NCBI GenBank assembly: GCA_003279005.1
Contig: QCBY01000004.1
Location: forward strand, 27,091 to 91,090
Direction of reading: 5' to 3'
Source of the DNA: Prochlorococcus sp. AG-347-J22
GTDB lineage: Bacteria; Cyanobacteriota; Cyanobacteriia; PCC-6307; Cyanobiaceae
Length of the DNA stretch: 64,000 nucleotides
This document shows positions 22,657 through 33,903 of this stretch, piece by piece (position 1 is the stretch's first letter; the number at the start of each line of letters is the position of its first letter). The notes beneath the pieces were generated by a model. That model ran no database searches. It worked only from the letters and a program-made list of their open reading frames with translations, and had not been told where the DNA came from. A program made the position numbers and the translations under genes.

Positions 22657-22665
22657 TGTTATAGT
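22657..22665 (+). promoter_or_regulatory. Candidate extended -10 promoter for ndhD
   Basis: TGTTATAGT (TGn-TATAGT) about 46 nt before the ndhD start. Confidence 0.4.
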
Positions 22666-22711
22666 CTCATGCTAGAACAACTTCAACTAGAATAAAAATT
22701 ATTCATTAATA

Positions 22712-24259
22712 TTGATGAATTTAGAATCTTTTCCTTGGCTATCCACTATTGTTTTATTACCCTTAATTGGGGCATTGATAATGCCTTTCTTAAATTCTAA
22801 GGAAGAAGAAGATAATACACTCCCAAGAAATATCTCATTAAGCTTTTTATTTATAGATTTTTTACTCATAATTGGAGTACTTTACCAAAAATTTGATACT
22901 ACAAATAGCTCGCTCCAACTTGTTGAAAGAGTAACTTGGCTTCCCTCAATAGGTTTAGAATGGTCACTAGGTGTAGATGGTTTATCTGCACCATTGGTAG
23001 CATTAAGTGGATTAATTACATTTTTATCAGCTGCAGCTAGTTGGAAGATAAAGAAAAAATCTAACCTGTATTTTGCTCTTTTATTAGTTCAAGCTTCAGC
23101 TCAAGCACTAGTTTTCCTTTCTCAAGATTTCTTACTATTTTTCTTGGCTTGGGAATTAGAATTGGTTCCAGTTTATCTTTTAATTGCTATTTGGGGAGGG
23201 AAGAAAAAACTTTATGCAGCTACAAAATTTATTCTTTATACAGCTTTAGCTTCCTTACTAATACTAATAAGTGGGCTTGCACTTGCCTTGAGTGGCGATA
23301 CATTTACCCTAAACCTGACAGACTTAACAAATAAACATGTAACAGGAAGCCTCGCACTATTATCTTATCTAGGATTTTTAATAGGCTTTGGAGTTAAACT
23401 TCCTATCTTCCCATTGCACACTTGGTTACCTGATGCTCATGGTGAAGCTAACGCTCCAGTGTCAATGTTGCTTGCAGGAATCCTTTTAAAGATGGGGGGA
23501 TATGCCCTCTTAAGATTCAATGTTCAAGTATTGCCCGAAGTGCATCTAAAACTTGCGCCTGCTTTAATTATTCTTGGAATCATCAATATAATTTATGGAG
23601 CTTTAAATGCATTTGCACAAGATAATGTAAAAAGAAGAATCGCATGTAGTTCAGTAAGTCATATGGGTTTTGTTCTTCTAGGGATAGGAGCAGTTGATGC
23701 TTTAGGTATAAGTGGAGCAATGCTACAAATGATAAGTCATGGACTCATAGCTGCAGCAATGTTCTTCGTCACGGGCTCCTTTTATGAAAGAACAAATACT
23801 CTATCAATTCCAAATATGGGTGGTTTGGCAAAGGTCTTACCAATAACATTTGCTTTTTTTCTTGCGAGCTCATTAGCATCCCTCGCCTTACCTGGAATGA
23901 GCGGATTTATAAGCGAAATCACTGTATTCTTAGGGATCACAAGTCAAGAAGGTTTTAGTTCTCTATTCAGATCGATCACAATCCTTATTGCAGCAATTGG
24001 TCTTGTCCTAACACCCATATACCTTCTCTCAATGTGTAGAAGAGTATTTTTTGGTCCAAGGATTCCTGCACTAGCTACTGTAAAAGAAATGAATGGTAGA
24101 GAATTGACTATTGGATTCAGTTTATTGATGCCCACTTTGGTAATTGGTTTTTGGCCAAAAATTGCTATAAATTTATATGAATCTTCAACTAATGCTCTCA
24201 GTCAGCAACTAACTTTGGCTAAGTTAGTGGGGTTAATCTCAAATATTAGTCAATTTTAA
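22712..24259 (+). CDS. ndhD: NAD(P)H-quinone oxidoreductase (NDH-1) subunit 4
   Basis: [42 protein letters not shown]; start may be ATG 22715. Confidence 0.96.
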   Translation: MMNLESFPWLSTIVLLPLIGALIMPFLNSKEEEDNTLPRNISLSFLFIDFLLIIGVLYQKFDTTNSSLQLVERVTWLPSIGLEWSLGVDGLSAPLVALSGLITFLSAAASWKIKKKSNLYFALLLVQASAQALVFLSQDFLLFFLAWELELVPVYLLIAIWGGKKKLYAATKFILYTALASLLILISGLALALSGDTFTLNLTDLTNKHVTGSLALLSYLGFLIGFGVKLPIFPLHTWLPDAHGEANAPVSMLLAGILLKMGGYALLRFNVQVLPEVHLKLAPALIILGIINIIYGALNAFAQDNVKRRIACSSVSHMGFVLLGIGAVDALGISGAMLQMISHGLIAAAMFFVTGSFYERTNTLSIPNMGGLAKVLPITFAFFLASSLASLALPGMSGFISEITVFLGITSQEGFSSLFRSITILIAAIGLVLTPIYLLSMCRRVFFGPRIPALATVKEMNGRELTIGFSLLMPTLVIGFWPKIAINLYESSTNALSQQLTLAKLVGLISNISQF

Positions 24260-24270
24260 TAATAGAAAAA

Positions 24271-26358
24271 ATGGAAACTTCTATTTTTAGATACGGAGAA
24301 TTACCAGAATTTAATAAGTTTACTCCCGATAGAATTAATAAAGAATTTCCAAGTGTTTTAAAGAAAATAAATCTAGATTTCAAAAACATTGAAAAATTTT
24401 TACAGAATTACTTTGACCAAGAAATTTTAGAATGGGAGAAAGTAATTAATCCTTTAAACGAAGTAAATGAGATTCTTAGGTGGAGCTGGGGTGTAATTAG
24501 TCATCTTAATAGTGTTAACAATTCTGAAAGCTTAAGAGAAATTTATTCAAAGTTTCTACCCGAAATTATTAATTTAAGTAATAAGTTTGGACAAAGTAAA
24601 ATTATTTATGATGCTCTAGTAAAGCTTAAAGAAACAAATAATTTTGATGAAATCAAAAATAGAATACTAGATAAAGAAATTCTCGAAATGGAACATAGAG
24701 GAATTTCACTATTTTTAGAGGATCAGAAAGAATTTAATATAATTTCAGAAAAGCTTGGAAAGTTATCAACAGATTTTAGCAACAATGTTCTTGATGCCAC
24801 TAACAAATGGATTTTAATATTAAATAAAAAATCTGAAGTCGATGGTCTTCCAGAAAGAGTACTTGAATTGATGGCAATTTCTGCTCACAATCACCTAAAA
24901 AAAGATGGTGAAATTGATATTCAGAATGGTCCCTGGAAATTAAGTCTAGATATTCCAACTTATACATCCTTTATGACATATGCCACCGACCGTAACCTTA
25001 GAGAAAGACTATATAAGGCATACGTTGGTAGGGCATCTCAAGGAGAAAAAAACAATTCTCAAATTATTGAAGAGATATTATCTCTTAGAACTAAACAGGC
25101 TAATCTTCTCGGTTATAAAAGTTGGGCAGAACTTAGTTTGTCAACAAAAATGGCGAAAGAAATTAAAAATGTAGAAAACCTTTTAGAGGAATTGAGAGAA
25201 CCAGCATTAAAAACAGCAAAAATTGAATTAGAAACGCTCGATAAGTTTTCTAAAGCTAATGGGTTTCCAAAATCACAGAATATTGAGCCATGGGATATTA
25301 GTTATTGGTCTGAACTCCTTAGAAAGGAAAAGCTGAATTTAGATCAAGAGTCTTTGAGACCTTGGTTTCCACTAAATGATGTTTTGAAAGGTTTATTTAA
25401 ATTAAGCGAAAAGCTTTTTGAAATTAAAGTTGTCAAGGCTACTGATGAAGCACCTATTTGGAATAATGACGTTTTATTTTTTAATATCCTCAATAAAGAA
25501 AACAATAAAATAGCATCTTTTTACCTCGATCCATATTCTCGACCGGAATCAAAGAGAGGAGGGGCTTGGATGGATGAATGCTTAAATAAAAATAATGTTG
25601 GCAAAAAAACCCTCCCAGTAGCTTATCTTGTTTGTAATCAGACTCCACCTTCAAAAGATAAACCTAGTTTGATGAGTTTTGAGGAAGTTCAGACACTTTT
25701 CCATGAATTTGGTCATGGTCTTCAACACATGCTTACAACTGTCAATCATCCTCAAGCAGCTGGTATTAATAATGTTGAATGGGATGCAGTCGAACTTCCA
25801 AGTCAATTTATGGAAAACTGGTGTTTTCATAAAAATACACTCTTGAATATTGCTAAGCATTATAAAACAGGAGAAAAATTATCCGATGAAAATTTTGAAA
25901 AACTCCTTAAGAATAGAACCTTTAATTGTGGTCTAGCTACTCTTAGACAATTGCATTTTGCGATTACAGACCTCAGATTACACAGTAGAATTGATAAAAA
26001 CGTAGGGAAAACTGCAGATGAAATAAGAAGAGAAATTGCAAAACAAACTACTGTTATTGCTCCAATTCAAGAAGATCAATTTCTTTGTTGTTTTAGTCAT
26101 ATATTTGCAGGCGGATACTCTGCAGGATATTACTCTTATAAATGGGCTGAGGTTTTAAGTGCTGATGCCTTTTCTATGTTCGAAGAAGCTGATCTAGAAA
26201 ACTCTGAAGATTTAAAGTTAATAGGAAAGAAATTTAAAGACACAATACTTAGCTTGGGTGGAAGCTTACCTCCATTAGACATATTCAAACTATTCAGGGG
26301 AAGAGAGCCACAAACAGATTCCTTAATAAGACATCTAGGTCTATCTGGAGCTACATAA
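24271..26358 (+). CDS. prlC: Oligopeptidase A (M3 metallopeptidase)
   Basis: KRGGAWM, FHEFGHGLQH, VELPSQFME, HIFAGGYSAGYYSYKWAEV. Confidence 0.96.
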   Translation: METSIFRYGELPEFNKFTPDRINKEFPSVLKKINLDFKNIEKFLQNYFDQEILEWEKVINPLNEVNEILRWSWGVISHLNSVNNSESLREIYSKFLPEIINLSNKFGQSKIIYDALVKLKETNNFDEIKNRILDKEILEMEHRGISLFLEDQKEFNIISEKLGKLSTDFSNNVLDATNKWILILNKKSEVDGLPERVLELMAISAHNHLKKDGEIDIQNGPWKLSLDIPTYTSFMTYATDRNLRERLYKAYVGRASQGEKNNSQIIEEILSLRTKQANLLGYKSWAELSLSTKMAKEIKNVENLLEELREPALKTAKIELETLDKFSKANGFPKSQNIEPWDISYWSELLRKEKLNLDQESLRPWFPLNDVLKGLFKLSEKLFEIKVVKATDEAPIWNNDVLFFNILNKENNKIASFYLDPYSRPESKRGGAWMDECLNKNNVGKKTLPVAYLVCNQTPPSKDKPSLMSFEEVQTLFHEFGHGLQHMLTTVNHPQAAGINNVEWDAVELPSQFMENWCFHKNTLLNIAKHYKTGEKLSDENFEKLLKNRTFNCGLATLRQLHFAITDLRLHSRIDKNVGKTADEIRREIAKQTTVIAPIQEDQFLCCFSHIFAGGYSAGYYSYKWAEVLSADAFSMFEEADLENSEDLKLIGKKFKDTILSLGGSLPPLDIFKLFRGREPQTDSLIRHLGLSGAT

Positions 26359-26944
26359 TAATTTCACCGATTATTTTGTCAACCACAGATTTATTTCTTA
26401 TAAGATTCCTATGTTTATATACTTTTACTGATATTTTTTTTCCAAAATTTAAATTAGTCCACCAGCCAGGAAAAACCATTAAATCCCAATATGTAAAAAA
26501 ATTTATACACTCGATATCATCAAGAAAAAAATCATTATTTGCCAGTTCTCTCAAAAACTTACTATTAATTTTCATTTCTGATATTCCCCTAAAAGGATAT
26601 TTAGGTACTAATTGAGCTATTAATGTTCCTTTGTGAGGGGAACCTATAGATAAAAATCTTCTTGTTCTTTTAAAACCATTAAATTTTTGAATCCAATACC
26701 TACCAATTATCCCTCCCATGGAGAATCCTAAAATATCTAATTCTTTTTCTAAACCATATTTCTCTAGAATTAACTCATTTAATGTATTAGTCAAATCAAT
26801 AATTGAAGTCATTCCATAAAAATGCTTGAGAGTAGGGGCAAAATATTCAATTCCAATATCATCAAGTTTTGAGGTAATAGAGGAAAAAATACTTGAAGTA
26901 TTCCAAAGACCATGAATCAATATAATAGGATTTCTTTTTTTCAA
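26351..26944 (-). CDS. Alpha/beta hydrolase (lipase/esterase)
   Basis: IHGL oxyanion region, GFSMGG nucleophile elbow, GSPHKG. Confidence 0.88.
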   Translation of the reverse strand: MKKRNPIILIHGLWNTSSIFSSITSKLDDIGIEYFAPTLKHFYGMTSIIDLTNTLNELILEKYGLEKELDILGFSMGGIIGRYWIQKFNGFKRTRRFLSIGSPHKGTLIAQLVPKYPFRGISEMKINSKFLRELANNDFFLDDIECINFFTYWDLMVFPGWWTNLNFGKKISVKVYKHRNLIRNKSVVDKIIGEIIM

Positions 26945-26949
26945 TACTT

Positions 26950-27312
26950 TTAATTATTTTCAAGAATTCTTATTATTGATACCTTTCCATCAAAACCAGT
27001 AATTGGAGGATTACATTTTGTCAAAATAATCTTAATTTTAGAAAGCTTAAATTTCTGATTAATGATTTCTAAAATTGCGTTTGAATATTTTTCGATTGTG
27101 AAACAATATATTTTCTTTGATTGATCTTTCAAAATTTCAACTAATTCTGAATAGTCAATTGTTTTTTTAATATCATCATTTGCAGTACATTTATCAAAAT
27201 CAGTCCACAAAAATATATCCAAACTAAATAGTTGTCCTAATTGCCTTTCTTCAACAAGAACACCTACCCTAGCCCATAGTTTTATATTCTCAATTTTTAA
27301 AAATGTCTCCAT
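26950..27312 (-). CDS. folB: Dihydroneopterin aldolase
   Basis: GVLVEERQLGQ, TIDY, TIE, KCNPPI; ATG 27312 taken as start. Confidence 0.88.
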   Translation of the reverse strand: METFLKIENIKLWARVGVLVEERQLGQLFSLDIFLWTDFDKCTANDDIKKTIDYSELVEILKDQSKKIYCFTIEKYSNAILEIINQKFKLSKIKIILTKCNPPITGFDGKVSIIRILENN

Positions 27313-27323
27313 CTTCAAAAGTT

Positions 27324-28634
27324 TTAAAGATCTTTATGAGTATAGAGAGCTTTACCTGATGAAAAATCATCAACTAGATTTCCATCGCCTTTTAGGAAAT
27401 ATTTATAAGTTACCAAACCTTCTAGACCTACAGGCCCCCTTGGTGGCAAAGTTTGAGTGGATATCCCAACTTCAGCCCCAAATCCATATCTAAACCCATC
27501 AGCAAACCTTGTAGAACAATTATGAAAAACACCTGCGCTATCAACTATATTCATAAATTTATTGGCAGTAATAGAATTTTCAGTAATTATTCCATCTGTA
27601 TGTTTTGAACTAAATTTTTGAATATGAGTGATCGCCTCATCAAGATTATCAACAATTTTTATCGATAATATTAAATCCAAATATTCAGTTTGCCAGTCTT
27701 CTACACTAGCCTCATATTCTATCCCTAATTCAACTGATCTTTTATCTCCAATTAATTTAACATCATAAGAATTAAACAAAGGAATGGCTTTCTCTAGAAA
27801 GACTTGTGCGATATCTTTATGCACTAATAAAGTTTCAATTGCATTACATGCTGCAGGATATTGAATTTTACTGTCTAAAGCGACTGATAAAGCCATTTCA
27901 AGATTTGCCTCATTATCTATAAACAAGTGACAAATTCCATCAGCATGACCTAACACAGGAATTCTTGTATTCTCTTGAATAAATTTAACTAATTTATTAC
28001 TTCCTCTTGGAATAATTAAATTGATATAGTTTTCGAGATTTAACATCGACATACTATCTTTTCTGCTTGTAAGTAAACAAATTGCATTTTTATCAAGAGT
28101 CGATACAGATAATCCCTGCTGTAAGGCATTGACAATTGCAGTGTTTGTAAAATTAGCTTCACTACCGCCCTTTAGCATTACTCCATTACCTGATCTTATT
28201 GCTAATGAACTAATCTGCATTACAGCATCTGGTCTAGATTCAAAAATAACCCCTAGAACTCCTATAGGAACAGTTTTTCTTTCAAGGATCAGCCCCTTGG
28301 AGAGCTCTCTTTTTATTTGGAATTTGTTTATAGGATCAGCCAAGTCTCCAACTTTCCTTACTCCTTCAATTCCTGAATTTAATTTTTCTTTTGATAGCTT
28401 TAATCTAGAGAGCAAAGCCTTTGAAATCCCCTCCTTTTTTGCTCTTGTATAGTCCTCATTATTAGCTTCTAAAATTTCTTTAGTATTTTTTTCTAGATAA
28501 TCAGCCATAAAATTTAAGGCTTTAATTCTATTTTGATTTTCAGTCTGACTAATTTTTATTGATGCCAAGCGTAATTGATTAGCTTTTTCTAAAAGATCAT
28601 TACTGGGTTGAGGAACTTCAAAGATATTGGCCAT
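27324..28634 (-). CDS. proA: Glutamate-5-semialdehyde dehydrogenase
   Basis: GVIFESRP, LKGGSEA, IPRGS, ACNAIETLL, STRFADG, RGPVGL. Confidence 0.97.
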   Translation of the reverse strand: MANIFEVPQPSNDLLEKANQLRLASIKISQTENQNRIKALNFMADYLEKNTKEILEANNEDYTRAKKEGISKALLSRLKLSKEKLNSGIEGVRKVGDLADPINKFQIKRELSKGLILERKTVPIGVLGVIFESRPDAVMQISSLAIRSGNGVMLKGGSEANFTNTAIVNALQQGLSVSTLDKNAICLLTSRKDSMSMLNLENYINLIIPRGSNKLVKFIQENTRIPVLGHADGICHLFIDNEANLEMALSVALDSKIQYPAACNAIETLLVHKDIAQVFLEKAIPLFNSYDVKLIGDKRSVELGIEYEASVEDWQTEYLDLILSIKIVDNLDEAITHIQKFSSKHTDGIITENSITANKFMNIVDSAGVFHNCSTRFADGFRYGFGAEVGISTQTLPPRGPVGLEGLVTYKYFLKGDGNLVDDFSSGKALYTHKDL

Positions 28635-28701
28635 ATATATTTTTTAATTAATTTAATAATAATTCAAAGTAAGTATTCTTTAAACTAACTTTCTTTGTGA
28701 C

Positions 28702-31700
28702 TTAATATCTAAAAAATAATTGAACTTGACTTTTCCAATCCCCATCAGAATCATAAGAACCTAATAATTCTAAGTTTGGATTGGCCTGAAAAGTCAAAAT
28801 TCCTGTAGGTGGAACGTCATCTCTTCCTGGAACAGTTTGGAAGGCAAAATTTATTGCATCAGTAATATCTAGTCCTATTTCAGCTACCCAAGCTTGAGAA
28901 GAAAATTCCTTATTAGAAGATGATTGCCCATCATTTTCTATATCTAAATTTTCATTGGAAAAAATATTATTTAAAGAATCATCATTTTCTATTAACGCTG
29001 GATATAAAGACAACTGAAATCTATCACTAAAAGCATCCGCATTATTAAGTTGTGAAATGAATGCTCTATTTATTAAATTTGCAGAGTTACCTCCAATCAA
29101 ACCAATGATTTGTGATCTGTTATAACTTGGTGTGCTTCTTAATTGGATTCTTTTATTTTCATCTTCAAAAGATAATTGATCTAAAAATCCCTCATAAGAG
29201 GCTTCAATTTTGATAAGCCTTGAATTGCCAATTCCAAATGATCCAAAACCACTCGAAGTTGCATAAGAGTCACGATCACCTGAGATATTTGAATCCTGAT
29301 TATTTTCACCAATAGGTATTATAGAATCTGGAACTTTACTAACCAGAGAAAAATTAATAAATGGGACTACACCACTTCTTGATGCAAATAAAATATAATT
29401 ATCTTTATTTTTATCTAATTTAAACGGAGTAGTATATAGATTAGCTCTTCCTTTCTTAAGATAAATTAATCCTCTAGCATTTAAATCTTTTCCTACTTTG
29501 CCATTTATATTAAGGTCTAATTTTGTATCTAAATATGCTTTAACTATCTCTGAATATTGAAATTTAAAATCCGGTCCAAGTTTTAATTTAAGATTATTAA
29601 AACTCAACTCATTCAAATAATTTGGCAAAGTTTCGCCCAAAAAAACAGAATTTAACATAGTTTCATTTGAAATTATTTCAATATTTTTATTCTTTTTCCA
29701 ATAGAGTTCTGGCCAATCTTTTTTGTCCTCTTTTCGTGAAGGATTATTTTCTTTTTTATTGTTTTGATTGGTGCTATTAAAATTAATAAATCCATTATTT
29801 AGAGATAAATTACCTCCTAAAACAGGATTTTCAAATGATCCACTTAAATCTATATCTGAATCTATTAAAAAATTGAAGTTATCTGATTTTATACTGAATT
29901 TATTTGTTATCAATTTAATTTCTGCCTTCTCGGAATCATTCTGACTATAAAAAGGCAAAGATCCTTGTATAAAAATATTTCCAGATTCTTCCGAATTTGC
30001 TCTTAAACTCTTGATTTCTAAGGAATCAAAATCAAAAATTATCAAGCTATTCATATTTTTTATTATATTGTTGAAAAAATCAATTTCCGAATCTTTAATT
30101 ACGACAAATCCATTTAATATTGGTTTATTAATAGTACCTTTAATTATCATTCTTAGGTTCGCTTCACCTTCATTAAAGGTAAAGTATTCATCAGTAAAGA
30201 TATCAATCAACTCAATAAATTTACCATTACCAATAAATCTTAGATCTAATTCTTCAGATGAGTTTGTAGGTATCGTGCCTTTAATATTATTTGGAATTTC
30301 TGAATCATTTACAAGCAAGGAGAAATCAATATCAAAAATAGAATTATTAAATTCAACTAGTCCTTTATCAAATAATATTATGTTATTTTTAATTGATGAA
30401 TTATTGGAAGAAATTTCACTAGAGAAAGATTTTGTATCAAGATCATAAAGTAAATTCATATCCAACCCTCCAAGAAAATCCTTTGGTTTATTTAAAAAGA
30501 TATTTGCTGCACTTAATGGTAATTTTTTAATTCTCAAAAAACCTTTCCCTGTAAATAAACCTCCTTCCAAATCAATAGAAAATTCCTCTTTATTATTCTT
30601 ATAAGCATCCTTAGATACATCAAGATAGCCATTTAATTTTGCATTCAATTTGTAATTGTCTGGTTTATCACCCTGAATAGTAATTTTTCCATTGTATCTA
30701 CTTCTAAATTTGCTTAAATATTTTTGCAAATTTAATTTGTCCTCTTGCACATTACTATTTTCAATAAAGTTATTTATAAAATCGATACTCTCTTTAAATG
30801 ATTTATTTTCTTTATTTATTTCCAAATCATCCAAAATATTCGATTTACTTATGGGAATAACTTTTTTATTATCAAAGTTAAAAATATCAACTGCAGTCAG
30901 GATTGTCCAACTAGTGCTTATATTCGTGAATTCTGAATTAATTAAATTATCTTTATTTGAATCATATTCGACTTCAATTATTCCTCCATCAATTGGATAC
31001 AATGAAGAGTCTATATAAAAAGAATTATTTTTGACACTGAAATCAAATAATGAATTAGCTAGATTAATATTTCTGTATTTACCTAAACTCCATGCCAGTC
31101 GACCATCAAGATTGGACTGGTCTAAAGATGTTGAACCCGCACCATTGATAATTCCCTCAATTCTATCGTATTGACTTTTATTTATAGATAATTCAAGTTG
31201 ATCAAGGGGAAAATTATCTGCTCGCCAATTATAATTATCATCCTCTTTCACTATGCCTAAAGTACCTTTATTTGAGTTAAAAACTCTTATAAAATTAGCA
31301 TTATCTAGTTTAAGATCAGAATCAAACTTGATTGAAAGAAATGAAGGGATTGGAGAATATCTATTTTTCATATTTAGAAGAAATTGATTATTTTCATTTT
31401 TAATATCTCCCTCCCATATTTCTCTGATTCGGATACCTTTATAGTGCGGATAATCAACATTAAAGTTTATCGAAATATCAGGATCAGTAATTTTTCCTTT
31501 TAATTCTCCTTTGGCAGTAATGAAACCCCTTATATCATTTTTCCGAAAAATATTTAAATTAGATAGTTGAGTTCTATTTATTTTGAAACTAGTATTTATA
31601 TCCCCAAAATTAATACCTCTTCTATCAAACCAATAAGGAATATTACCCGATAATTTGATATCTGGATTCAGGCTATTAATATATCCAATACTTCCTTCTA

Positions 31701-32661
31701 GATCAATATTATTGGAACTTTTATTAAATGGCACATTTAGATTAAAATTCGAAGTCAAAGTTCCATAATTTAAGTTTTCTGTATTACCAATTAAATTATT
31801 ATCTTTACAAAAAAAACTAGTTGAATCTGAACTTATATTCTCCAATAAACCTTCGGGTTTAATTTCTAGATTAGTAAAAGAAAATCTTCCTCTGCAAAAT
31901 GTTTCATTTGGTAATTTATTAAATTTAAAGTTAGATTTAAAATTGCCTTTTTTAAAACTTATTTTTCTATCCCCAATAATATATTCAGAATTCTCAAGCT
32001 CTAAACCCCTAGAAAATAAATCCAGTTTTAAAAAGTCTTGATTTAACTTTGTATTTAATTTAAATTTTAAAAAACCTTTTTCATCAAAATTTGATTTTAT
32101 ATTTGCAATGATTTGCCTATTACTTGAGTTGTAGATAACATTACCTTTTACTTTTGTTTTTAATCCTGCCTTTTTAAACTGCAGGATTGAATATTTATTT
32201 AAGTTAAAATTCAATTCATACTTTGATTGTGATTTTTTTGTATTCCGAGCATTTTTATAAGATGAGTCCCTTTTAAAAAAATCTCTTTCTATATTTATGG
32301 CAGCTTCCTTAGGACTTATTTTTAGTATCCATTTTTGTTTTAAAAAAGATTTTAAAGGCATAATGCCTACATATACATTTTTAGTTTGTATTCCAGAATC
32401 TATATTTTTTTTATCAATAATTTTCGAATGCCCCAAAGAAAAGCCTAGAAATCTAATACCAGAATAATCACCTAAAGAAACCTCTTTATTTATAAAATTC
32501 TCAATACTATCTTCAAGTTCTGTTTTCCTAGAATTATAATTATTTTTTAAAAAATTATTTAATAAAAAGGTGCCTATAAGTCCTAAGGATAAAGTCATCC
32601 CTAATAATAGAAATTTTGTTTTTAAATTTAGAGATCTAATTTTTTTCAAGTTAGAACCCAA
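28702..32661 (-). CDS. TamB/DUF490 (TIC236-like) translocation-assembly protein
   Basis: 1319 aa, N-terminal membrane anchor, long beta-rich body, C-terminal LRSTPSY...SQVQLFFRY. Confidence 0.8.
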   Translation of the reverse strand: MGSNLKKIRSLNLKTKFLLLGMTLSLGLIGTFLLNNFLKNNYNSRKTELEDSIENFINKEVSLGDYSGIRFLGFSLGHSKIIDKKNIDSGIQTKNVYVGIMPLKSFLKQKWILKISPKEAAINIERDFFKRDSSYKNARNTKKSQSKYELNFNLNKYSILQFKKAGLKTKVKGNVIYNSSNRQIIANIKSNFDEKGFLKFKLNTKLNQDFLKLDLFSRGLELENSEYIIGDRKISFKKGNFKSNFKFNKLPNETFCRGRFSFTNLEIKPEGLLENISSDSTSFFCKDNNLIGNTENLNYGTLTSNFNLNVPFNKSSNNIDLEGSIGYINSLNPDIKLSGNIPYWFDRRGINFGDINTSFKINRTQLSNLNIFRKNDIRGFITAKGELKGKITDPDISINFNVDYPHYKGIRIREIWEGDIKNENNQFLLNMKNRYSPIPSFLSIKFDSDLKLDNANFIRVFNSNKGTLGIVKEDDNYNWRADNFPLDQLELSINKSQYDRIEGIINGAGSTSLDQSNLDGRLAWSLGKYRNINLANSLFDFSVKNNSFYIDSSLYPIDGGIIEVEYDSNKDNLINSEFTNISTSWTILTAVDIFNFDNKKVIPISKSNILDDLEINKENKSFKESIDFINNFIENSNVQEDKLNLQKYLSKFRSRYNGKITIQGDKPDNYKLNAKLNGYLDVSKDAYKNNKEEFSIDLEGGLFTGKGFLRIKKLPLSAANIFLNKPKDFLGGLDMNLLYDLDTKSFSSEISSNNSSIKNNIILFDKGLVEFNNSIFDIDFSLLVNDSEIPNNIKGTIPTNSSEELDLRFIGNGKFIELIDIFTDEYFTFNEGEANLRMIIKGTINKPILNGFVVIKDSEIDFFNNIIKNMNSLIIFDFDSLEIKSLRANSEESGNIFIQGSLPFYSQNDSEKAEIKLITNKFSIKSDNFNFLIDSDIDLSGSFENPVLGGNLSLNNGFINFNSTNQNNKKENNPSRKEDKKDWPELYWKKNKNIEIISNETMLNSVFLGETLPNYLNELSFNNLKLKLGPDFKFQYSEIVKAYLDTKLDLNINGKVGKDLNARGLIYLKKGRANLYTTPFKLDKNKDNYILFASRSGVVPFINFSLVSKVPDSIIPIGENNQDSNISGDRDSYATSSGFGSFGIGNSRLIKIEASYEGFLDQLSFEDENKRIQLRSTPSYNRSQIIGLIGGNSANLINRAFISQLNNADAFSDRFQLSLYPALIENDDSLNNIFSNENLDIENDGQSSSNKEFSSQAWVAEIGLDITDAINFAFQTVPGRDDVPPTGILTFQANPNLELLGSYDSDGDWKSQVQLFFRY

Positions 32662-32713
32662 AAATAGAGTAGGCTTACAAAATATAAGAAATTAATTAGG
32701 TCAAAGCCACTAA

Positions 32714-33157
32714 ATGTCTTTTTTTGAACTATTAGAGAACACACCCAAAATCTTTGGATTTCTTGGAATATTCCTTTTATGCGTTACTATAATTGCCTTT
32801 ATATTTAATTTTGGTTTTAAATTTAGAATAATAGGAGCAACCATTTTCTCATTATTACTTTCTTTAAGCAGTTGGGCATTTATACAAAGTTATACTGAAA
32901 AAGTAGTGATAGAAGATGCAAAATATGTCCCGATTGTTTATGACAATGGGTTCGATTTGATTATTGCAAAAGCAGATGATGACTTCCCAGAAGAGTCTAT
33001 TCAACCAACTTTAGAACAATTATCGGAAAACTTAAGGAAAGGTAGCAGATCTGGAGCGAATGTAAAAATAAAGATAAGAAAACTTGAAAAAATTTCAGAT
33101 GGTGTAAGTAAACCAGTGGTTATAGGAGAAGTTCAGAAAAATGTCAAAATAAATTAG
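32714..33157 (+). CDS. ycf51: Ycf51 family protein
   Basis: Two transmembrane segments, FKFRIIG, VYDNG, GSRSG. Confidence 0.8.
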   Translation: MSFFELLENTPKIFGFLGIFLLCVTIIAFIFNFGFKFRIIGATIFSLLLSLSSWAFIQSYTEKVVIEDAKYVPIVYDNGFDLIIAKADDDFPEESIQPTLEQLSENLRKGSRSGANVKIKIRKLEKISDGVSKPVVIGEVQKNVKIN

Positions 33158-33168
33158 TCTTTTAAATA

Positions 33169-33576
33169 ATGGAAAGTGGAACCTTTTTAGATTTTTTACC
33201 AACTAACTTTAGAAATGAGAAATCTTTTTTTATTAAAAATAATCTAACTGACTTTGAAAAATTAAGTAATCTTTCTGACCAAGATATAAATGAGATTCAA
33301 AGAAAATCTTCACTATGTACATTGAATAATCTTAAGAAAATAAGAGCTATAGCTATTTTTAAAAAAGAAATTGGAATTTCTCCACCGCAAGCATATCTAC
33401 TTTTACATTGTGGTATATCTTCTATTAAATCATTATCACTATCTACTCCTTACGAATTAGAACGCAAAATTGGAAGATTAGAAAGAACTCTTAGAGCAAA
33501 AACTGAAACAAATACAACTTTTACTCTTTTGAAAAAATGGATTAAAAAAGCAAGTCAAATCTACAAATCTATTTGA
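33169..33576 (+). CDS. DUF4332 family protein (helix-hairpin-helix-like)
   Basis: ISPPQAYLLLHCGISS motif, W near the C-terminus. Confidence 0.72.
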   Translation: MESGTFLDFLPTNFRNEKSFFIKNNLTDFEKLSNLSDQDINEIQRKSSLCTLNNLKKIRAIAIFKKEIGISPPQAYLLLHCGISSIKSLSLSTPYELERKIGRLERTLRAKTETNTTFTLLKKWIKKASQIYKSI

Positions 33577-33629
33577 ATTCTTGGTTAAAAGAATTTTTTA
33601 ATGTAGAATTTAAAAAAAAGTTAGTAATA

Positions 33630-33896
33630 ATGAAACCTCTTTTATTTTCGTTATTTTTGTTTTCCAATTTTTTATACCCTGTTTTTAGTCAATCTAACTT
33701 ATTGGAAAGTGTAAAAAAGAATCCAAACGAAGCTAGGAATTTATGTAATAAGCTTAGAGAGTTTAATTCAAAAGGTATTTCAGCTAGTTCAGATAAAGCT
33801 ATAGAATATGTATCAAATAAAAAGAAGTTAACTCCAGTTAACGCAGAAATCTTTTCTATTTACGTTATTGGGCTGCATTGTCCAGACATTATCTAA
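33630..33896 (+). CDS. Small exported two-cysteine hypothetical protein
   Basis: Signal peptide MKPLLFSLFLFSNFLYPVFS from ATG 33630; LCNK...GLHCP. Confidence 0.75.
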   Translation: MKPLLFSLFLFSNFLYPVFSQSNLLESVKKNPNEARNLCNKLREFNSKGISASSDKAIEYVSNKKKLTPVNAEIFSIYVIGLHCPDII

Positions 33897-33903
33897 TCCC
33901 TAA

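Noticed and set aside
22669-22695. 8-codon [11 protein letters not shown] upstream of ndhD
   Set aside because: Its ATG is only 3 nt after the candidate -10 element, so probably upstream of the transcription start
28702-32661. Giant ORF as an adhesin, toxin or foreign gene
   Set aside because: Architecture fits core TamB/DUF490, composition matches the neighbours, and no repeats or mobility genes are present
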